Of a stretch of 64,000 bases of DNA, positions 12,253 through 24,439 are shown piece by piece (positions within the stretch are counted from its first letter, which is position 1; each line of letters begins with the position of its first letter). The stretch lies in NCBI GenBank assembly GCA_951406725.2, contig OX597814.1, forward strand, positions 49,104,001-49,168,000, given 5' to 3'. The translations under genes and the position numbers were made by a program. The stretch comes from Octopus vulgaris (Eukaryota). Below the pieces are notes generated by a model that saw only the letters and a list, made by a program, of their open reading frames with translations, had not been told where the DNA came from and did not search any database.

Positions 12253-12812
12253 TTAAGCACCTATCTTGCCCAGGATATCAATCGTCTGGAAGCCATTCAG
12301 CGACGTGCAACCAAAAGAATACCCTCCATCAGGCATTTGCCATATTCTGAACGCCTTACTTCCCTGGGCATGGACACATTGAAACTCAGATGTCTGGCAG
12401 CTGACTTGGCAGACACCCATAAAATTATTAACCATCTTACAAACAATAACTCTGAGCACCTTTTCAAACTCCACCCGTCTAACACCCGTGGACATGTTTA
12501 CAAAGTCAGAAAACAGCACAGCTCCCATGACTTTAGGAAACATTTTTCACGCTGAGAGTTGCTGAAGCATGGAACAAACTGCCGGCATCAGTTGTTAGTT
12601 GTCAGAGCACTGCATCCTTCAAAACTTCCATGCTTTCTGAGATTCGCCAACACTACACCTGATTTTCTCCCCTCCATACACACACAAGCATGTATCTGAC
12701 TCATACATTGTTCCCTTTCCAGACATTTGTACATTACTGCATATACTTTATATGCACTTTTGATAAGTTGTGGTGCACCTAAGCACTGTATACAATAATT
12801 TCATTATATTAT
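12253..12812 (+). mobile_element. CR1-clade LINE 3' end
   Basis: APILPRISIVW / LEAIQRRATKRIP frames, then PYSERLTSLGMDTLKLR..ADL...KII...TRGH.YK...F...RVAEAWNKLP, the typical CR1 ORF2 C-terminus, followed by 3' UTR. Confidence 0.85.
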
Positions 12813-14467
12813 ATCATAGATCAACTGAGAAAGCTACAACAAAAGGTGCAACATTACCAACACCAACTCCATCATGTTACACTTAATGCATTTATTAAGT
12901 GTTCTACATCAATAAGCTATGCAAACTACCTTATCTGTTACTGAAGTACATAGAATGATTTTCCACTTTAGTTTAACCATTTTTTTTTCTTGTACCATTA
13001 AATCACAAACAATCCCCACAACTGCTTTGACAAATGCTCTGTGAATATGGCATTTTTATGAAAGAATTAAAAGTGGTTTCTCATCTTCCTCTTTTGGATA
13101 CTTCATACACTAACCCCATCTTATCAGTAGTTAAAAACACAGATCAGTTTGCCACATCTGCCTGGGTGTTCAGAAAATGAAGAACAAGAACAAATACTGC
13201 TAATACTCTAACAATTTCTGCTATTTACCACTTCAACAATATTTTATTTAAATAAAACCAGAAGGATGAAAGGCAAAGTTGACTACAGCAGGATTTGAAC
13301 TCAGAACCAAAAGAGCAAGACCAAATACCACAAAGTCTGACATTCTACTAAATTGCCACTTGATTTATGACAATGCCACTAGAATCACTATCAACAAAAC
13401 CTCTTATTTTGTTTGGTGTTTAGTTTTTGTTGCGAAACATTTACCTAAAAGATGCTACATCCTGCTTCCTTTTTATATAATCCCTCTCTATCAGATGAAA
13501 ACAAGAAACCAAAGTGGTTGTGGCAGTGATAATAATGATGATAGTGGTGTTTAGTGCTACTGTTATTGCTACTACCACAAATGATGATGGTGATGATGAT
13601 GATGGTGGTGGTGGTGGTGGAGGTGGTTTTATTACTATTGCTTTTTTTTTCCTAAAATTGTTCTTTCTGTCAGTGTGTATATTTATGATGTAGTTTTTAT
13701 CTCTATTCTGTACCTATTTTATAGTTAGGTGCATGGACAGAATTCCCAAAAGAGAAAAAAACACTTGAACATCAGCCGTAAAATATATTGAGATGTCTTA
13801 GTCCTAATCTTAATTTTTGCTTCAAAGTGAATAAATGATAAATAAATAGAGTTTTGCCTGGAAGAAACAATAAAAAATATCAAGTTGTGTTTATCATCAC
13901 AATCATCACTATCCTCACAACTAAAACCATGATGATGATGAGGAAGAAGAAGATGGGAAGGAAGAAAATAAATGTAATTATTTTAATGAGGAATAATAGC
14001 AGAAGGATGTAGATGCAGACAATGATTACAATGATGGAAATAATGGTATGAGGTAAGGAGTGAAGTACCTCAAGTTGATAGTTCAAGGAATATTAAGAAT
14101 TAAATTGTAGTCCAAGAGTAAATAATCTTTACTGGAGAATCATGAAAAACAATGGTTGAGGGAGAGAAATACAGACTTGTTCAAACTTTCAGCAAATTTC
14201 CGATACCAGAATGGTAATTTCCACAGTTTATCACCTCAACAATACTTCATTTAAATAACCCCACAAGTATGAAAGACAATGCTGACTGCAACAGGATTTG
14301 AAATCAGAATTAAAAGAACCTGACCAAATACTGCAAAGCATTATGTCTGACACTCTACCAATTCTACTAATTTGTAAACTATGTAGATGTACATGATAAC
14401 AAAGATGTGGCTTATAGTGATGTGATCATAATTGTTACATATCTATTTTAGTAAATCAACAGTTATA

Positions 14468-14867
14468 GGCATAGGAGTGGCTGTGTGGTAAGTAGCTTGT
14501 TTACCAACCACATGGTTCCGGGTTCAGTCCCACTGCATGGCACCTTGGGCAAGTGTCTTCTACTATAGCCTCAGGTCAACCAAAGCCAGTGAGTGGATTT
14601 GGTAGACAGAAACTGAAAGAAGCCCGTCGTATATATGTATATATATATATATATATACAAGTGTGTGTATATATTTGTGTGTCTGTGTTTGTCCCCCCAA
14701 CATCGCTTGACAACTGATGCTGGTGTGTTTACGTCACCATAACTTAGCAGTTCGGCAAAAGAGACCAATAGAATAAGTCCTGGGGCCAATTTGCTCGACT
14801 AAAGGCGGTGCTCCAGCATGGACACAATCAAATGCCTGAAACAAGTAAAAGAGTAAACAGTAAAGAG
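14468..14867 (+). mobile_element. tRNA-derived SINE family A
   Basis: Same head, microsatellite core and AAAGAGT tail as the other family A copies. Confidence 0.9.
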
Positions 14868-15081
14868 TTTGTTGATTATATATTGTTCAGTGTCATGATC
14901 CACTTGTCCTTATCATGGTTTTTATGTCCATCTTTTCCGGGCAACTGAGGGATTTTTCAACAGTCAAATGCCTTTCTTGTTTCTTACCTTTACTTGTTTT
15001 TTTTTGAGAAAGGTATTTTTATTCCTAGTTAAGAAAATCTCCAAAAGAGATAAAAGCACTAACTATATTGAAAAGTAATGT

Positions 15082-15405
15082 TTATTGCCACTTAAGCATG
15101 ACTGTTCCCTAGGAACCAACATAACTGATATTTCTAACTCCAGGAGGACACCTCATCTAGCTGGTTATTCAATGCAACCTGTACCCAATATATATATTGC
15201 AAGCAGAAGGATGACCACAAAGAGGTCAAAACTGTACTGTCTGGTGGTTATGTGGCTAGAAGATGGTAGGGGTTCACTCCTCTGCTTACAATATATATAG
15301 AGGTGCAGACAGCATCGAATAACCAGCTGGAGGAGGCATCCTCCTGGTGTTAAAAATAGCAGTAACGTCAGTTCCTATGGAACAGTCAAGTTTAAGTGGC
15401 TATAA
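15082..15405. mobile_element. MITE/foldback element with ~135-bp diverged inverted arms
   Basis: Paired segments GCCACTTAA..TGACTGTTCC / GGAACAGTCA..TTAAGTGGC, CCAGGAGGA / TCCTCCTGG, AGCTGGTTATTC / GAATAACCAGCT and TATATATTG.AAGCAGA / TCTGCTT.CAATATATA. Confidence 0.8.
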
Positions 15406-15561
15406 ATGTAACTATTTTTATTCCACTATCTTTACTGCTTAGCTAAAAGACATGTTATTTACAAGAGCTTTAAACACTGTTATCATTTTTGCTTACACAA
15501 TGACAATGTGAAAACATGCTGAAACATTCAAACATACATGCATACATCCACACACACACTT

Positions 15562-15596
<35 letters not shown>

Positions 15597-15903
15597 CACA
15601 CGTGTTTTATCTTTTACTTGTTACATTTATTGGACTGCAACCATGCTGGGCTACATCATACAGGTTTTGGTCGGGCAAATTGACACCAGCATTTATGTTT
15701 TCTTTAAGTTGAGTACTTCCATCAGTCTCTTTTACCAAGCCATTAAGTTATGGGGATGTAAACAAACTAATACTGGTTGTTTTGCAGTAGGTAGTGACAG
15801 ATAAAAACACAAAGACACACATACACATACATACATGTATATATAAATACGCACAAACACACACACACATACATATACACACACACACATATGTATATAA
15901 TAT

Positions 15904-16069
15904 GGTGCAGGAGTGGCTGTGTGGTAAATAGCTTGTTTACCAACCACATGGTTCCGGTTTCAGTCCCACTGCGTGGCACCTTGGGCAAAGTGTTTTCTAC
16001 TATAGCTTCGGGCCGACCAAAGCCTTGTGAGTGGATTTGGGAGACGGAAACTGAAAGAAGCCCGTCGTA

Positions 16070-16118
<49 letters not shown>

Positions 16119-16348
16119 GTATGTGTGTGTGTTTGTGTCTGTGTTTGTCCCCCTAGCATTGCTTGACAACCGATGCTGGTGTGTTTATGTTCTCGTCACT
16201 TAGCGGTTCAGCAAAAGAGACCGATAGAATAAGTACTGGGCTTACAAAGAATAAGTCCCGGGGTCGAGTTGCTCGATTAAAGGCGGTGCTCCAGCATGGC
16301 CACAGTCAAATGACTGAAACAAATAAAAGAGTAAAGAGTAAAAGAGTA
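15904..16348 (+). mobile_element. tRNA-derived SINE family A, full length; a diverged minus-strand 3' half lies at ~15605-15830
   Basis: GGTGCAGGAGTGGCTGTGTGGTAA head through the AAAGAGT tail. Confidence 0.9.
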
Positions 16349-16369
16349 TGCATGTGTATATATATATAT

Positions 16370-16798
16370 TGTGGCACTCCATCAGTTACAACGACGAGGG
16401 TTCCAGTTGATCCGATCAACAGAACAGCCTGCTCATGAAATTAACATGCAAGTGGCTGAGCACTCCACATAAATGTAGATTCTTTATGACACAGAGTGTG
16501 ACAAGGCTGGCCATTCGAAATACAGGTACAACAGAAACAGGAAGAAAGAGGGAGAGAAAGTTGTGGTGAGAGAGAACAGTAGAGTTCGCCACCACCCACT
16601 GCTGGAGCTTTGTAGAGCTTTAGGTGTTTCGCTCAATAAACACTCACAACACCTAGTCTGGGAAGTGAAACCACGAGCCTACGACCGTGAGTCCACTGCC
16701 TTAACTGCTGAGGCATTGCGCCTCCACACACACACACACAAATCTGCAATCCTCCGACCACGAGTCCGCTGCCCTAACCACTGGGCCATTGCGCTTCC
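16370..16798 (-). mobile_element. tRNA-headed SINE fragments (family B-related heads)
   Basis: Reverse complement contains GGCGCAATGCCTCAGCAGTTAAGGC and GCGCAATGGCCCAGTGGTTAGGGCAGCGGACTCG heads. Confidence 0.6.
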
Positions 16799-17321
16799 AC
16801 TCTACTGCACATTGCTGATACTTATTTTATCAATATTAGCTTTAAAAAAATCCTCTGAACACACAAGCTTTGATCATAGAATCCAAATATTTCTAAAGGC
16901 AATGGTTTGCCACTGAACAACCATTTTATTATGCCATATCAGATACTATATCAGTAAGCACAAAGAAGTGAAAGAGATTAAAGAACCAAAAAAAGTTGTT
17001 ATATCTGTCTTGAGAGAACACTCTGTACATATCTATACATGCATATATGTGTATTAAATTTCAAAGAAAAATATTGCGTTTAATAGGCTCAAAGTTTCCT
17101 TTCTAAAATGTTAAATATAATTTCTTCAAATGTAGCTGATTGAAGTTTACCACTCATATATGCACCTGTCTCAGTTTGTTGTAGCCTAAATTTATCAACA
17201 AAATATAGTAATCTACTAAATCATGCTTGAAATAATAAAAATACAAAAGTAGTTTTTTATAAATATTAAAAACTCTAATTGTAATCTTTTATTTCTTGAT
17301 GATCTAATGTTTTTTTTTCTT

Positions 17322-17759
17322 TGGCTAGCCACATTCAGATGTCTAGTACACTTTACGTTGTCGAGCGGTTACTGTTTATATCTCGTTCAGAGATTTATTA
17401 ATGCTTTCAGACAGTTTTTCTAAATCAGTGACAGTGGTTGCTGTGAAAACGGTTAAATATTATTATTTGCAAAGGTCTCCTTCATCGAAAACCGGTTTTT
17501 ACCATGCGTTGACGAGAGGCAATTACCTTGAAACTATAGTCCGTATGTATCACTTAGGTTTTCGAGGGAGGATGACCTCCCTTTGCAAATAACACAAGGG
17601 CACTGAAATTTTGTGTCTAAGGCCAGCTGGTGACGTTGATCTCCTGGGGCTAAAAGCATCAGTAACACCCCACCCCCAGTGGCTAGCCACATTCAGATGG
17701 CTAGTACACTTTACGTTGTCGAGCGGTTACTGTTTATATCTCGTTCAGAGATTTATTAA
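17322..17759 (+). mobile_element. 358-bp hammerhead-bearing unit with 80-bp terminal direct repeat (retrozyme-like or PLE pseudo-LTR)
   Basis: 17322-17401 equals 17680-17759 with 1 mismatch. Internal type I HHR at 17503-17547. No coding capacity. Confidence 0.7.
17503..17547 (+). ncRNA. Type I hammerhead ribozyme, GUC cleavage site after 17541
   Basis: Stem I CAUGCG/CGUAUG; core UUGACGA (C3U); stem II GAGG-CAAUUA-CCUU; GAAA; palindromic stem III ACUAUAGU; C17. Stem I is extended by UCGAAAACC/GGUUUUCGA and UUAUUUGCAAAGG/CCUUUGCAAAUAA. Confidence 0.8.
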
Positions 17760-17879
17760 AGTATTTTAATGTTTTCCTGAATTTGTATTGGTGTGGTAAT
17801 CTCTAAAAGCAAATAACAAAGATTCCAGAATGAAAGGGAATGACTGCTTTAACTCTTTAGCATTTAAACTGGCCATATA

Positions 17880-18290
17880 GGCGCAGGAGTGGCTGTGTGG
17901 TAAGTAGCTTGCTTACCAACCACATGGTTTCGGGTTCAGTCCCACTGTGTGACACCTTGGGCAAGTGTCTTCTACAATAGCCTCGAGCCGACCAAAGCCT
18001 TGTGAGTGGATTTGGTAGACGGAAACTGAAAGAAGCCCATCATATATATGTATATATATATGTGTGCGTGTATGTTTGTGGTTCTGTGTTTTTCCCCCTA
18101 GCATTGCTTGACAACCGATGCTGGTGTGTTTATGTCCCTGTCACTTAGCGGTTCGGCAAAAGAGACCGATAGAATAAGTACTGGGCTTACAAAGAATAAG
18201 TCCCAGGTCAAGTTGCTCGATTAAAGGCGGTGCTCCAGCATGGCCGCAATCAACTGACTGAAAAAAGTAAAAGAGTAAAAGAGTAAAGAG
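17880..18290 (+). mobile_element. tRNA-derived SINE family A, full length
   Basis: GGCGCAGGAGTGGCTGTGTGGTAAGTAGC head through the (AAAAGAGT)n tail. Confidence 0.9.
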
Positions 18291-18619
18291 TATATCTGGC
18301 CCATATATTTTACCTGATTTATGTTTAAACTGGCCAGATCTGACTTCTCATACGTACATTACACTGTCATTCTAAAAATAAACAATCACATCATCAAAAC
18401 CTCAAAGCTATGAGATAATGCATAATTAATTCAAGACAATGTGATTTAAAAAGCATATTTGATAGAGTAATCTGAAATGCAAAAAGGTTAATAGAAGTGG
18501 GCAATAAAACAGGAAGAGTGTAAGGGCTGAGAGAAGAAAGTTGCTGTTAAAAAAACAAACTACAGCACATGATTGTTTAAAGTGATGTAATAGTGCAGAT
18601 CTGCCTACAGAGCATTCTC

Positions 18620-19160
18620 CTCATTATTATCATAACATTCATTTTCAATGCTGTTGTGAGTGGGGCAATGCATTGTCTCTTGTCTCTTATGTCATTTTTT
18701 TTGTGAGGCCTCAATTTGCTGAGATTTGAGTTCACAACTTCTTTCTGTATCTTTCTCGGTTTCACTCTTCAGGTATCTTCCAGCAGTCTTCCAGCATCTG
18801 CATACACTGTCTATTCTCACCATATCATCCATACCTGCAGCCATCTGTCCCTGTACAGTTTGCTAGTGGGTTTCTCCCTTTTGCTCCGTATGCCATGTGG
18901 GTTTCAATTATTTATTCAATGACTCACACTCACCTCATTGCTCTCCAGCCTGCACAGACTTTCCAAATTTATTTCTTATATCTCACTACCAAGCACCATT
19001 ATACTTCTTATACTCTTTACAGTTTGCCTTTTGCATCAGAGGAGAAATGCTTTGTAAACAATACAAGTTTTTCTCTCAAGTCAATTTCTACAGTATATAT
19101 GATATTTTAAGTCTGAGGGTGCAAGGAGTAACCTGTTGCCCACATAAATTCCATCGGGAT
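18620..19160 (-). mobile_element. Highly decayed RTE ORF2 C-terminal fragment
   Basis: Weak similarity on the minus strand to the KG.LY...L.GSE...RLE.NE region seen at 25170-25290 and 36414-36860. Confidence 0.4.
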
Positions 19161-19214
19161 TAAGACCATTCGTAAAACACGGTAATAATAATGATGATGA
19201 TGATGATGATAATA

Positions 19215-19819
19215 AAATGCCTTAATGCAATACCAGGCAGTGGCTCTCGTAGCTTCTGATCTTAACTGATTGGAAGTGTTATCATGTACATTGTTTTATC
19301 TTGGTATAAAAGATGGGCTACAGCAAATATTCTGCTCAATACCACAGATTTGCTTGTCAGTTGTTTGACCTTAACCAGTTGAGCATGTCCCTTAGTGGCT
19401 GACGATATGTGCATCTCTGATCACAAGCAGAAGTAGGGGGGGCATCATAGCCATGTGTTGAGAGGGATTTTTGGGGGTTTGAATAATTCACCTCTGGAAA
19501 CACTGGTGTTTCATTCAACATCATTAAACAACCCTTATTCAGGGACCTTTTGAGTGGGATGGGTTACTCGACCAGAAGAAAATTCTAACTGGGCCCCACC
19601 TACAAGGTCATGTGCTGTTTATCTTGATATAAGATCACCATGTCGCGCACATATGGTTGTGATGCATGTGCCAAGTGTACCCTTATCAGATGGGTAGTCA
19701 TGATGGGTATACTGGGCTTCGTATATTTTACCCCAGTGTCACTTTGATGGCATGTACTGCTCTCTCACTCAATAATAATAATAATAATAATAACAATAAT
19801 AATCATAATAATAATAATC

Positions 19820-19871
<52 letters not shown>

Positions 19872-20432
19872 TAATAAATGTTCTGATGCAGAACCAGGCA
19901 GTGACTCTCATGGCGTCTGATCTTAAGTGATTGGAAGTGTTATCATGTACATTGTTTTGTCTTGGTAAAAATAGATGGGCTACAGCAAATATTCAGCTCA
20001 ATACCATAGATTTGTTGTCAATTGCTTGACCTTAACCAGTTGAGCATGTCCCTTAATGGCTGATGATATGTGCATCTCTGATCTCAAGCAAAAGTGGTGG
20101 GGGAGCATCATAGCCATGTGTTGAAAGGAATTCTTCGAGATTTGGATAATCCACCTTTGGAAACATGGGTGTTTTGTTCATCATCTTTAAACAATGCTTA
20201 TTCAGGGACCTTTTGAGTGGGATTGGCTACTCAACCTGTAGAAAATTCTAACTGGGCCCTGCCTCCAAGGTCATGCACTGTTTATCTTGATATGAGATCA
20301 CTATGTCATGCGCATATGGTTATGATGCATTGCCTGGTGTACCCTTATCAGATAGGTAGTCATGATGGATATACTAGGCTTTGTATATTTTACCCCAGTG
20401 TCACTTTGGTAGCATGTATTACTCTCTCACTC

Positions 20433-20433
<1 letters not shown>
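19215..20433 (+). mobile_element. Two tandem copies (19215-19770 and 19876-20433) of a ~555-bp element ending CTCTCACTC(AAT)n
   Basis: Colinear homology over the full length. Each copy is flanked by (AAT)n/(GAT)n. Likely the 3' end, or a non-autonomous derivative, of a TAA-targeting non-LTR element. Confidence 0.8.
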
Positions 20434-20509
<76 letters not shown>

Positions 20510-20554
20510 CATTTATTTGCCACATGAGCGAAAATAATGATGATGATAATAATA

Positions 20555-20770
20555 ATCCTTTCTACTATAGGCACAAGGCCTAAAATTGTTGGAGAGAGGG
20601 CTAGTCGATTACATCAACCCCAGTGTTTCACTGGTATTTAATTTATCAACCCCGAAAGGATGAAAGGCAAAGTCAACCTTGGTAGAATTTGAACTCAGAA
20701 TGTAAAAACAGACAAAACACCACTAAGCATTTTGCCTTCCATGCTAATGATTCTGCCAACTCGCCACCTT
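20555..20770 (-). mobile_element. tRNA-derived SINE family C
   Basis: Reverse complement reads GGTGGCGAGTTGGCAGAATC...GAGTTCAAATTC...GACTTTGCCTTTCATCCTTTCGGGG, as at 52064. Confidence 0.8.
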
Positions 20771-21844
20771 GATAATGATGATGAGGAGGAGGATGATAAT
20801 GATAATAATACTAACCAATTATAAATGGAATATTAATCTAGACTGACAGAAGAGTTTCTATTTATAAGAAGTTGACAAATGTATAAATATAAGCTATTCT
20901 TTAAGTCAAGGCAAAATACAAAACTAAACCTGAAACTTGTGGCTGAAATAAATGTCAGAAAAACCTGAAGATATTAATTAGTTATGCTAAATGTTCCAGA
21001 CTGCATTCCTTCCTACTCTAGAAACACTCAAGCCAATAATGTGTTCTCACATTAAAGGATATTACAGGTTTCATGTTCTGTGAATTATTTTCCCGTATAA
21101 CATCAGATAATCATTCTATTATTAAACATAGAAAATATTTCATGTATTTCATTACTCTATCTTTCCTACAACTGATACAGCTGTAATTTCATAATTTTAT
21201 TAACTTTGCTAACTCTTCAGTGAAGAGTAACAGAGCTAAACAAAACCTTCAGTTCAGAGGAAGATAAGAGCAGAAGCAAAACATTGCAACTTGATTCTTG
21301 TTTTCCTCATTATTTCTTCTTACAGATATTAGATACAGTGTTTTATTTGAGACTTTCTTTTAGTGTGTATTTTTCTTTATTTCACAATAAATTCATGTAG
21401 ACATGTTATTCTTCACCTGTAATTTCTTTAAAGATTACTGTAGAGTTTTACTACAGCACAGCTATAAAACTCTTCTTCATCTCTTTTCACATCTAGGACA
21501 TTAAATTTTACTTTCCCTCTTTGCATTTACGTGAAGACCCCACCCACTACTCATGCACCCTTAACAATTACTCTACCATCTTATTTATATTGTGATTCCC
21601 CATACCTTGAGAATATGCCCTGGAACCTTGCCACCATCTCTCTTTCACTCACACTCACCCTTTTCTTTCTTGCACTCTCACACACTCGCTCTCTTCCACT
21701 CTCTCTCTCTCTCTCTCTCCTGTTTTCTCCCTCTAACTGGGTAACCATGTATCTCCTCTACAGCAAGACACCTGTTTTTGTCCCTCTCATCACTTAGCAC
21801 AAGGCCACCTCCTGCAATGACCCCTCTCATAAAGGATCTTTGCC

Positions 21845-22330
21845 TTGCAGGTTACTTGGTGACTCAGCCCGTGCTGGTACCACATAAAAAGCGTCCAGTC
21901 CACACTGTAAAGAGGTTGGCATTTGGAAGGGCATCCAGTAGTAAAAACCATGCCAAAACAGATCTTGCCAGTGCTGGCACCATGTAAAAACCACTATCCA
22001 TTATGTAAGGTGGTTGATGTTAGGAAGGGCATCCAGCTGTAAAACCCATGACAAAACAGACAATGAAGCCTGGTGCAGTCTTCTGGCTTGACATCTCCTG
22101 TCAAACAATCCAACACATGCCAGCATGGAAAACAAACTTTGTTGATGATGATGATGATGATGACGACGACGACGATGATGGTGGTGGTGGTGGTGGTGGT
22201 AGTGGTGATGATGATGATGATGATGATGAGGCTGATGATGAGGCTGCTGAGGATGATGATGTGGTGGTGGTGGTGGTGGTGGTGGTGGTGGTGGTGGTGG
22301 TGGTGGTGATGATGATGATGATGGTGATGA
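21845..22330 (+). mobile_element. RTE 3' UTR fragment whose tail expanded into a compound (GAT)/(GGT)/(GAC) microsatellite
   Basis: TTAGGAAGGGCATCCAGCTGT...CCAACACATGCCAGCATGG followed by ~190 bp of trinucleotide repeats. Confidence 0.75.
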
Positions 22331-23980
22331 TAACCATAAAATGTATTACACTGAAAGTAAAATTACAATGAAGATGGATTACCTGCAAGTGTTTCAAATC
22401 ACGTATAGTGAGCTTCATCATTACATCATCACCATCTCCCTTACGTAGCAGCATGGATTAGAGAATTACTTCTCCTCACAAAATCACTAAAACAGTGTAT
22501 GTACAAGACTTTTCAATAATAATTTTTTGCTTTAATTAATCCTATGAATAACAGAATGCATAGTTAGAAGATTTATGCATTGTTTACATTAAAAGTATTT
22601 CAGGAGTAATTTACTTCATTCTGGTTCTGATTATAGTTAAGAAACTCATAATCCAGTTCACCTAAATTTAACCAACTATTTTTACTATATTGTCCATACC
22701 AAATATGTTTCATTCATTTGTGTACACCATCTAAAGTTTCTATTGTTAGCTTAATGCTTTACCAATGAAATAGCTTACAAAATCATTAAAATACCTTGTA
22801 GAAAATTTTTGTGTTGGTAATTAGGCTATTAGTGCCAGCAGTATACTTCTATGAATCTCTGGGTAAGCACTTCCTTTTCAGTAATTGAGCTCAAAATCCA
22901 TGAACTTTATCAGCAGAATCAAACACAACTTGCATTACTTTTAAATATACTTTTTGTATCAAGTAGAAAAGTTAAATGAAACCCATTTTTGGAAGCAAGG
23001 AAAAATTAAATATTTATGTGAAGCAGTTTAATAGAAATCAAAATTAAGACCATGAATTAATAAAAAAAAATACATTTTAGTGCCACATAGAAAGCACCCA
23101 CTACACTCTGTGAAGTGATTGGCATTAGGAAGAGCATCAAGCCATAGAAGCCATGCTAAAGAAAATACTGGAGCTTGGTGCAGTTCTCTGACATGTCAGC
23201 TCTTGTTAAGCTGTCTGAGCCAATGCCAGCATGGAAAACATAAGTTAAACATTGAGGATGGTGATGATGATGAATGCTATGACTTACATAATTTTTCGAG
23301 TTGATATTATAGAACACAACTGATAGAAGAGAAAAAGTGTGAAATGTTTATTTACAAGGGCTATTAAAAAGCAGTTCAGTGAATGTTAGTAGGGTACTAA
23401 ACCTAAAAAAATCTTAGAAAATCAGGTCAGGTTTCTTATGAAGCTGATTTAGCTGTTCATGCAAAAATAGAGCTGTCATTATTATATCATATGTAGCATG
23501 TTAATACATGAAATCAAGCCATTGAAAGCAACAAATTGACGTAAAGAAAATCCTTCAAACTGCTAAATGATCTCTTTGAAAATATTTTTCATCTTTCTTT
23601 CTTTCAAGTAATATTGTCAGTCCATTTCAAAATTCCTTGCATTCAGTGTTGAGAATATGACAGAATGACAAAGACAACCCCTGCAGGATTTGAAATGGGA
23701 ACATGAAGAAACATACCACAAGGCATTTTGTTCAGTAGTCAACTCATTCGAACATCCACCACTCATAAGTTCATGTTAATTAAAGTATTAATAATTGTAT
23801 GTTGATGGGGCAGATGTAGCTGTGTGGTTAAGAAGCTCACTTTGCAACCATATAGGCTTGGGCTCAGTCCCACTGTGTGGTACCTTGGGCAAGCATTCTT
23901 CTATTATAACCTCAGGCCAACCAATGCTTTGCAAGTGTATTTGATGGACAGAGACTGAGTGGAAACCCATTGTGCATGTA

Positions 23981-24019
<39 letters not shown>

Positions 24020-24023
24020 ATGT

Positions 24024-24083
<60 letters not shown>

Positions 24084-24117
24084 ATGTGTATGTATGTGCG
24101 TTTGTATGTATGTATAT

Positions 24118-24430
24118 ATCATCATCATCATCATCATTATTTAACGTCTGTTGTCCATGTTGGCAGGAGTTGAATGGTTTGACCAGGGCTGGTAAGCTGG
24201 AAGGCTGCATCAGAGTTCAGTCTGATTTGGCATGGTTTTCTATGGCTGGAGTGTAACAGGTGCTCCAACAGTGTAATGGGTGCTTTCACATGCCACCACC
24301 ATGGATGCCATTTGTATGACACCTGTATCTGCAATTTTGCTTGGCTTGATGGGTCTTCTTCTCAAGCATGACATAATGCCAAAGGTCTCAGTCATTGCCT
24401 CTGTAAGACCCAACACTCAAAAGGAACTTG
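24118..24430 (-). mobile_element. RTE LINE 3' end (ORF2 end, 3' UTR, tail)
   Basis: (CAT)n-TTTAACGTC start and CCAAAGGTCTCAGTCATTGCCTCTG, homologous to 36453-36490. Confidence 0.75.
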
Positions 24431-24439
24431 GCCACTTTT

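Noticed and set aside
17322-17759. TRIM/LTR interpretation of the 80-bp direct repeats
   Set aside because: The repeat does not end in CA, and I see no primer-binding site, correctly placed polypurine tract or TSD; the internal hammerhead fits retrozyme/PLE better.
22048-22454. Low-complexity ORFs (poly-D/G/V/T, HT, YI and CV repeats) here and throughout the window
   Set aside because: Translations of microsatellites.
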